The notes under the pieces were generated by a model, which did no database searches, was not told where the DNA came from, and worked only from the letters and a program-made list of their open reading frames with translations. DNA of 64,000 bases, taken from contig QPMI01000088.1 of NCBI GenBank assembly GCA_004431415.1, forward strand, positions 1 through 64,000, written 5' to 3'. The position numbers and the translations under genes were made by a program. Shown in pieces: positions 47,103-64,000 of the stretch. The stretch comes from Cyanophora paradoxa CCMP329 (Eukaryota > Plantae > Glaucophyta). Positions within the stretch are counted from its first letter, which is position 1. Each line of letters opens with the position of its first letter.

Positions 47103-49199
47103 TCAGGGGGCCTTGTAGTAGGTGGTCTTGACCATGGGCATCTTGGCGACGACCGCCGGGGAGCGCTTCCCGCGCACCTCCACCTGCAGCTGCGCCCCGT
47201 CCCGCCGCTCGGCGCGAGCCGCGGCGGGGTAGGTGGGGTAAACGGGGCGCGGCCGCACCGCGGTGCCGTCCTTCGAGAGGGGCGTGGCGACGTACGCCTG
47301 CGCGGCGGGGGTCGTCAAGAATGCGCACATGGGCGCGGGCGGGCGGGGCGGGGCGGGGGGGCGGGGGGGCGGGGGGGCGGGCCTGGGCGATAGCACGCTT
47401 GAGGGTCGGGCTGAAGCCGCCCGAAGTCACCTCGCCGACCTGCTTGCCGCTCGCGTCGAACACCGGCGTGTGCTCTGCCCCCCGCGGGTGCCCGGTCAGG
47501 AGGCGGGGACGGGGGCGGGGCCGGGGCCAGCGGCGCGCACCGCGGGCGGGGGCGCCTTCGATGAGGAGGCCGACGCGCTTGCGGGTCACCTGCGCGGGGC
47601 GTCGGGGCAGAGGGAGGGGGCGGCGTGCGAGCGCGAGTGTACCCCCTCGGCGATCTGCTTCTGGATGACGGCGGCGCCGAGGAAGCCGCCCTGCTCCCGC
47701 CTCCGCTTGCCTGCGGGCCGGTCGGGGGCGGGCGGGGCGGGCAGGGCGGGGCGGGCGGGGCGGCACCGATGGCCCAGGTGAGGCCGGCCTCGACGGGGGA
47801 GATGGTCGGGCTCAGCTCGTGCCCGTAGAGGCAGAGGCCGGCCTCCAGCCGCAGCGAGTCGCGCGGGCCCAGCCCCGCCGGCTTCACCTGCCCCGCGCGT
47901 CGCCCGGGGCCGCCTCCGGGGCGCGCCGGGGCCGGGGGCGGGGGCGGGGGCGGGCCTCCTTCTCGGCGCAGAGGCGCTCGAAGAACGCGACGGCCTTGGC
48001 GCTGGGCACCGAGATCTCGAAGCCGTCCTCGCCTGCCGCCCGGGGCCGCCTGAGCGGGGCGGGGGGGCGGGGGCGGGGGCGGGGCGGGGGACCGGTGTAG
48101 CCGCAGCGGGTGACGCGGCAGGGGATGCCGTCGACGGCCATCTCGCGGGAGGTCATGAAGCTCATCCGCGAGAGGTCCTCCTTCACCAGCCGCTGCAGCA
48201 CCGCCCCCGCCTCCGGGCCTGCCCGCCCCCCTCAGCCAGGCGCGCCGGGGCGGGGCGGGTCGGGGCCGGGGCGGGCCCTGGAGGGCGACGAGGGAGCGGT
48301 CCTCGATGACGGTGAGGGAGACGTCCTTGCCCTGCGCCCGCCACTTCGCCGCGTGCGCCTGCATGTGCGCGATGTCCGCGTCCTTGCACCCTGCCCCCGA
48401 CGCCCGTCAGAGCGCGGGGGGCCCTCCGCCGCCGGAGGGCGGCGGGCGCGCCCGCGTTGACGACGACGAAGAGGTAGCCGCCGGCGTTGGTCGCGATGAA
48501 GTCGTCCAGCACGCCGCCCTGCTCGTTCGTGAACATGCCTGCGCCCCGGCGTCGGCTCCGGCTCCGGCCCGGGAGGGGCGGCCTGCGCGGGGCGCGGCGG
48601 GGCGGGGCGCGAAGTGCGGACTGAGGCGGCCGCTGCCCTCGGGCAGCGACGCGAAGTCGCCGACGGAGAGGGATTCGAGGAACGCGACGCGGTCCTTCCC
48701 GTTCAGCCTGCCCCGGCGCCCGCCGCTCGCAGGCCGCCCGCGGGGGCGGCGAGGCGAGGCGATCGGCGCGCACGTGAGCTGGCCCATGTGGGAGACGTCG
48801 AAGAGCGCCGCGGCGGAGCGGCAGTGGTTGTGGGACGCGATGATGCCATCCGGGTACTGCACGGGCATAGCGTAGCCGGCGAACTCGACCATCTTCCCGC
48901 CGAGCTTGACATGGAGGTCGTGGAGCGCGGTCTTCTTGAGCACCGCCTGCCGGTAGCTATTTAGCCGAGCCTCGCCGCGCGCGGGGCGGTCGCTGCGCGC
49001 ACGGGGGCCGAGGCGAGCGCCCTGATACCCTGCACGGCGCCGTTGCGTGAGCTTCGCGTCGGGCGGGCGGCGCGAGCGTGGGCTGATGGGCGGCGCGCGG
49101 TGCGGTGAAACAGCCGGGCGGGATGCGCACCGGACGAACGGCTGTGGCTACCTTCGGGACGGCAGCGCCCGCGCACCGGCGAACGACGGAGCCCAGCAT
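47103..49199 (-). CDS. gcvT: Glycine cleavage system T protein (aminomethyltransferase), mitochondrial
   Basis: [36 protein letters not shown]; [17 protein letters not shown]; [20 protein letters not shown]; [13 protein letters not shown]; [13 protein letters not shown]. Arg/Ala-rich N-terminal presequence [11 protein letters not shown]. Confidence 0.96.
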
Positions 49200-49408
49200 T
49201 TTTTGTCGAACGAGGGGTACAGTCTGCGGAGGCTGCCCAAGGTTTGAACGCGGGCAAGGGGTCTCCGACTGCAGCAGCGGGCGGTCTAACCCCTGCACTA
49301 CGCGGCTTCATCGCTAGCGCCCCTGTTCGGCCATCGAAGAGCGAAGCGAGCGCTCCGAGCAGGCGGCCGGCGGCCCCCGCGGCGAGGGCATTCGCGCCAG
49401 CAGTCGCG
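49200..49408. promoter_or_regulatory. Short divergent intergenic region (putative bidirectional promoter), gcvT/CHD
   Basis: 209 bp between opposed ATGs; GGGGTACA at 49214-49221. Confidence 0.55.
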
Positions 49409-58738
<9,330 letters not shown>

Positions 58739-58841
58739 CCCCCAGACGCCAGGCAGGCAGCTGCAGGTAGGCAGCGCACGAGAGCTCTCTCTATCTCATG
58801 CACCAGAAACGTTCCGACGCGCACTGCTCTCGCGGCGGGCC

Positions 58842-60670
58842 CTACGCGGCCTGCTCCTGCTCCTGGGGCCCCTCGCTCCGCTCGGCCCCGCTGGGCTCCA
58901 GCGGCTCTGGGGCGGGGGCGGGGGGCGCCTCCGCGGGGAGGGGCTCCGGCGTCGCGTCGCCTCCGCCCTCGCCCTCGCCGTCGCCGTCGCCGGCTGCTGC
59001 GCCGTCGGCCCCGTTCGGCTCCTCTGGCGCCGCGGCTTCGGGGGTCTCGGGCGGGGCAGGGAGGGGAGGCGCCGCCGCCTGCTCGGGCGGCCCTGCGCTC
59101 GGCTCCTCTTGTGCGGCAGCAGCGGGCGCAAGGGCGCCGTCCGAGGGTGGAGGGGCTACGGCGGCAGCCGCTGCCGCCGTCGACGCCGCCGTCGCCGCCG
59201 CTGACGCCGACGCGGCGCGCAGGGAGGAAGGCATCTCGAGGGACGGGGGCCCTGAGGCGGCAGCGGCCTGCGCGGCGCCCCCGTCGGCCGGGCGCGTGTG
59301 GATGGGAGTGACGGGGCCAGCCGTGTAGCTCTGGAATGCCCCGGGCCTGCGCAAGGGTCAGCCGGCCGCCGGGCGGGGCCGGGTGGCAGGGCGGACCGGG
59401 GCGGGCTGGAGGAGGACTGGGCGGGAACGGCGATGGGCGGGAGGTTCGAGGCGGACGACGGGCCAGCGGTGGCGGCGGCGGGGGCGGCAGCGGAGGAGGA
59501 GGAGGAGGGGCCGGAAGAGTTGGGTGGGAAGAAGAACGAGTTGGGTATAATGAACATCTGGCGGCCGGGTGAGCGGGGACGGGACCCGGGGCCCGGGCGG
59601 AGGGCGCGCCTTTGGGGTCATGAGGTTGTACGTCTCGCACAGGCGCACGAAGCGCGCTCCGAGCCGCGTCTCCGCCTGCCGCCCCGCGTCTCAGCGCTGC
59701 ACAGGCAGGCGCGGGAAGAAGGAGACGGAGCGGCGGTACCTCAAAGGGCTCGTAGACTTGCGGGTGGTGGTAGTACGCGTGCGCTGCCGGGCAAACCCTC
59801 AGAGACGCACAGGCAGAGAGAGTCAGTAGGGATGGGGTACCGAATACGCGGTACAGGCGCCGGGCGATGCTTTGGTAGTACTGCATGCTCGAGGGGATGA
59901 TGGATACCCTGCGGCCCCGCCCGCTCGGCACGCGCCCGCGCAGGCGCCGCCGCGCCGCGCGCCGCTCTCACCTGCTCGCGAACCACCGATTCGAGTTCAG
60001 CAGCGCCGCCGTCCCGTCGATGGTGTGGATGATGTAGTCGATGGCACAGCACTGAGGGCGGCGGATCACGCGCGCGCGGCGCCGGCAAGCTGCGTCGCGC
60101 ACGCACCTCCTGCGGGTTCTTGTGCGCTGCGCAGAGGTACAGCCACTCGTCCGTCGCTTTCTGCAAGCGGGGTGAGCAGGCGGCGAGTTTGCTCGGGAGG
60201 ATGCCGTCGCGCACCATGAGCGGACAAGTAACCTGCCTGCACACTCCATCGAGGACGCAGACGAGCTCGTTCAGCTCGCTCGTGAAAGCCCGCAGGTGCT
60301 CGTACACGAAGACCGCTTCATCCTGCCCTTCTGGGAGCTTGCAGAGCGCGTCGACGTCGTGCCGCGAGAGCGCTGCGTACGGCGAGCTCAAGCGTGAGCA
60401 GGGGGCCGGAACAATCAGCTCGAACCCCGCACCGAGCTTCCGGCTCAGCAGCATCTGCGCGGCGAGCATGCCATCGGAAGTCGCGAGGTCCAGGTCTGGC
60501 TGCTTCAGGAAGGAGTTGAACTCAGAGCGCCTGCTGCCGGGACGGTTTCGCCGGGGTTTCGGTGGCGCGCTCGACGACGGGCCGGCCTGCGCGGAATTGG
60601 ACTCTCCCAAGTAGGAGGCGGCGCGTGACAGGGGCACCTGGGGCGGCGCGGCTGCCTCCTGCGATGTCAT
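58842..60670 (-). CDS. MOB4: MOB kinase activator-like protein phocein (STRIPAK component) with Pro/Ala-rich tail
   Basis: [92 protein letters not shown]. Confidence 0.93.
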
Positions 60671-60947
60671 CGGCACCGATGCGCGCCACACGCGCCTCGC
60701 TCGCCTAGATCAGCAGTTGGCTGCCCTTGGAGTTGATTCTGATCCGGTACCCGGACGGTGCGACCTCAGACCTCTCTTGCAAGCTGTGACTCCTGCGTCT
60801 ATGTGTGCAATCCGCGCCTTAAGATAGATAGAGTTGCGCGTCGCCGGCGCTATCGGGCCTTGTGTCCACCCCGCCGCGGAATTCGAGGCCAGCGACCAGC
60901 CCACCACAAAGCACCTGCTCAGCTCGTCGCTCATCGAACGCTCTGCC
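60671..60947. promoter_or_regulatory. Short divergent intergenic region (putative bidirectional promoter), MOB4/Afi1-like
   Basis: 277 bp between opposed ATGs. Confidence 0.5.
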
Positions 60948-63900
60948 ATGGCGGCGGAGCCGGTCATCTCCTACATCGTCGCGGCGGAGTTTGATCAGCT
61001 CGCGGGCTCCGTGATCCGCCACCAGTATCCCTCGCCGATGCCTATGGTCGACGAGCAGTGCGCCCGATCGCTGCTTCCGCCGCCCGGCCCTCGCGTCGCT
61101 GACGCTCGCCGCGCCAGCTTCCTCGCAGAGCAGATGCTCCCGGACGGGGCGCACAACAGGGACGAGGACTGGACGTGGTTCTTCATCAACAGGCGGCCCG
61201 TCGCTGCAGTGCGTCCGCCGCGCCCGCTTGCCGCCCTGAGCGCTGCGGCGCTCGCCCACCCCCGCGGCCCTGCAGAACCCCGCGATGGTCTCCGCGCCGT
61301 CCTCCAGCTCGGTTGGCAGCATCTCTTTGAAGATCGACGCGGCAGCGGCGACCGAGTGAGGCCCTCCCGCGCGAGCCGGCCGCCGCACGCCGCGACCCCT
61401 CCCACAGGCAGCCGCGGCCTACGGTCTACACGCAGTGCGTCGTCTACAAAGACGGTGCGCGCGGGCTACCGGCGAGCCCCGTGCGCGCGCGGCTCACGAG
61501 GGGCGCAGACAACTGGGAGCCGGCGGTGCCGGAGCCGCACAAAGTGACGGCGAAGGTGGAGAAGACGGGGGAGGGGGCGTGGCGCGCCCGCTGCGTCCTC
61601 GTGCCCGAGGCCGAGGGCGCCTCCTCCGAGCTGCTCTCCTTGTGCGCACCCGCCCGCCGCCCCCGGCCCCCGGCCCCCCGGGCCCCGGCCCCGCCCTGAA
61701 CGCCCCGCGCCCCGCAGCGTCTTCAGCGAGAACATGCAGTTCACGCAGCTGCAGGCGGACCCCATCTTCATCGCCGTCTACTCCGACGAGAACGTCGCCT
61801 ACGGTACCCCTGCCGCCCGCCCGCCCGCCCGCGCCCCCGGGGGGCCTGGAGGGCGCTGAGGGGCCGGCAGGCTTCAAGTTCGCTGCGGAGGGGCAGGAGG
61901 CCGAGTTCCGCGCCCTCCTGCAGACCGCCCTCGCCGACGTCGCCGCAAAGGTCCGCTCACTCCGCCGCCCGCCCCGCCCGCGCCCGCCCCCGCTCACGGC
62001 CCGGCGCAGGCGGCGCCGCCGCCCTCGCCGGCCCCGCCTCGCCCAGGGCCGATGGTGACGAGGCCGCGCGCGCCGCCGCGAGCTCCCCCGCCCGTGCGCC
62101 GGACCCCGCCCCGCCGCCATCTCCGCCCCCGTCTGAGGGCGCGGTGCGCAGCGACGGGGCTGGCGGCGGGGGAGGGGGCGCGGGCGGGGAGCGAGCCGGG
62201 GCGGGCGGCGTCGGCGGCGCCGAGCGAGTCGTCGACGACGTCGGCGGCGACGAAGGCGCGGGAGGCCAAGCCGTACGCGGGGGACCCCGCCGCCGGGCCC
62301 CTCCTCTACTGCATGAGCGTGCGCCCGCCCCCACGCCCGCCGGCCCGCCCCTCTCGGCCTTCGAGCAGCTCCTCGCGCGCGCAGGTGGTGAAGACGAAGA
62401 AGGACCCGACAGTGCGGCGCGGGGCCATCGTCAAGGCCGTCGCCCTCTGCTCCTCCCGCCAGTTCGTCCACATGTTCCGCGTCCGCCCGGCCCCGCCCCC
62501 CTCCCCGCCGCTCGCGCGGGCCCGGCCGAGCGGGCGGGGCGGGGCGGGCAGCCACTGCTGGTGATGGCGCTGAACCAGTACTTCGAGGGGAGCAACGTCG
62601 AGGCGCGCCCTCCCCAAGCTCTCTCCCCTTCCGGGGGCGGCCGACCCCTCACGGGCTCCCGGCGCAGGTGCTGGCGGGGCTCTATGCGGCGCTCAACGCG
62701 CTCGACCTCTCCGGCATGCCGGCCTACACGCCCGCACAGAAGGCCGTCTACCGCTACTGCCAGGTCCGCCCTCCCTCCAGAAGTGGGCGTCCGCCTCGCT
62801 CGGCACCGCTCTGCGTCGTTGAGCTGCGGCTGGGCTGGCCCGGGAGCTCGCCGGGGCCCCCGCCGCGCGCTCACGGCTCCCGGCAGGTGGAGGAGTCGCG
62901 GCGGCGCTACCCAGTGACGATCGGGTGGAGCGGGGGCCAGAAGCTCTCCGTGCCCCTCACCATGGAGGACGAGGAGGTCGGCGGGGTGCGCCGAGACCCG
63001 CCCCGCCCCGCCCGCCCCGCCGCGCGGCCTCGCTCGCCGCCGACGCGGCCTGGCGGGGCCCCCGGCAGGCGGACTGGGGCCCGGTGTCGTTCCTGGTGCA
63101 GACCTTCAAGGAGGCGGTCGTGCCGATCTACTCCTGCGTCCTCCTCGAGAAGCGCATCCTCTTCCTCGGCTACACCTCCGTCCGCCCCGCCCCAGCCCCC
63201 GCCCCCGCCCGCCCGCCCCACGGCTGAGTGGCGGGGGCAGTCGGCGGAGAACATCGCGCGGTGCGTGCTGGGGGCCTGCCGCCTCGTCTCGCCCACCGTC
63301 CCCGGCCTCCTCGCCGTGCTTCCTTCCCCGCCCGCCCGCTCCGCCCGCCCGCCCGGCCTCACGCCCCCGCAGCGGGCCTTCCCCTACGCCAACCTCGCCC
63401 ACCTCGACTTCCTCTCCGTCCCGGGGTACATCGCCGGCGTCGGCAACCCCATGTTCGAGGAGAAGCAGATGTGGTGGGACCTCTGCTGCAACATCGACAC
63501 CGGCGCCGTCCGCCTCGCCCCTCCCCGCCCTCCCCGCCCCCGCGGCGCCGCGCTCGGCTGCTCAGTCTCCCCCGCAGGTGACGGTGAACCCGTCGCTGGC
63601 GCTGAAGCTGAAGGAGATGGGGGAGGAGGGCCGCCTGGGGGCCGCCCCCTTCGACGCCGAGCTCGCCTCCCAGGTCCCCCCGCACCGCGGCGCCCTCCCC
63701 GGCCGGCGAGATCCCCGCTGAGCGGGCGCCCCTGGAGCAGGCGATCCACGGGGCGCAGCTGGGGCGGGGGGAGGACCAGGTGGCGGGGCTCTTCCGGGAG
63801 TACACGCGGCACCTGCTCGAGCTGGAGCGGGAGGAGTTCCTCGAGGAGGCCCGCCGCGCCGCCGAGCTCAAGGCCAACGCCCCCCGCTCCGCCGCCTTCG

Positions 63901-64000
63901 CCAAGACACCCTCCGCCCGCCTCTACGAGGCCGTGCGCCCCCGCCCCTCCCCGCACCGGCGCCGGCCGAGCCGGCTCGGCTGCAGCGGAAGAAGGCGGGG
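60948..64000 (+). CDS. Afi1/MesA-like DENN-related protein (Afi1 N-terminal and SPA domains), truncated by the window edge
   Basis: ISYIVAAEFD..GSVIRHQYP..LAEQMLPDGAHNRDEDWTWFFI; LYCMSVVKTKKDPTVRRGAIVKAVALCS..PLLVMALNQYF; KRILFLGY; RAFPYANL..PGYIAGVGNPMFE..WWDLCCNIDTG. Confidence 0.88.

Overview
GC-rich eukaryotic nuclear DNA from a flagellated, probably plastid-bearing protist. A glaucophyte such as Cyanophora is a tentative guess, based on a MASFV-type transit peptide, dense 50-70 nt introns and DNAAF1. The window has three zones. (1) 1-13.2 kb: a ~339-bp tandem satellite with higher-order structure that flips orientation at ~12.0 kb through a junction made of templated micro-duplications. 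(2) 13.2-42.4 kb: an accessory zone with a giant multi-exon minus-strand gene carrying a Ulp1/SENP-like (C48) domain and five tandem 684-bp exon-intron repeats, degraded spliced sequence, poly(A)-tailed hairpin elements, and nested 67-bp/516-bp satellites. This zone shows a striking excess of short perfect palindromes, including a 64-bp spacerless one. (3) 42.4-64 kb: six compact, intron-rich housekeeping genes in alternating orientation (DNAAF1, aldo-keto reductase, GcvT, a CHD-type remodeller, MOB4, Afi1/MesA-like); roughly a fifth of the CHD gene's introns use GC donors. The most novel-looking signal is an apparent palindrome/fold-back-generating mutational process that can be caught in the act by comparing repeat copies. 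Most ORFs in the supplied track are satellite or antisense artefacts. Exon boundaries were read by eye, and several frameshifts look like long-read homopolymer errors.
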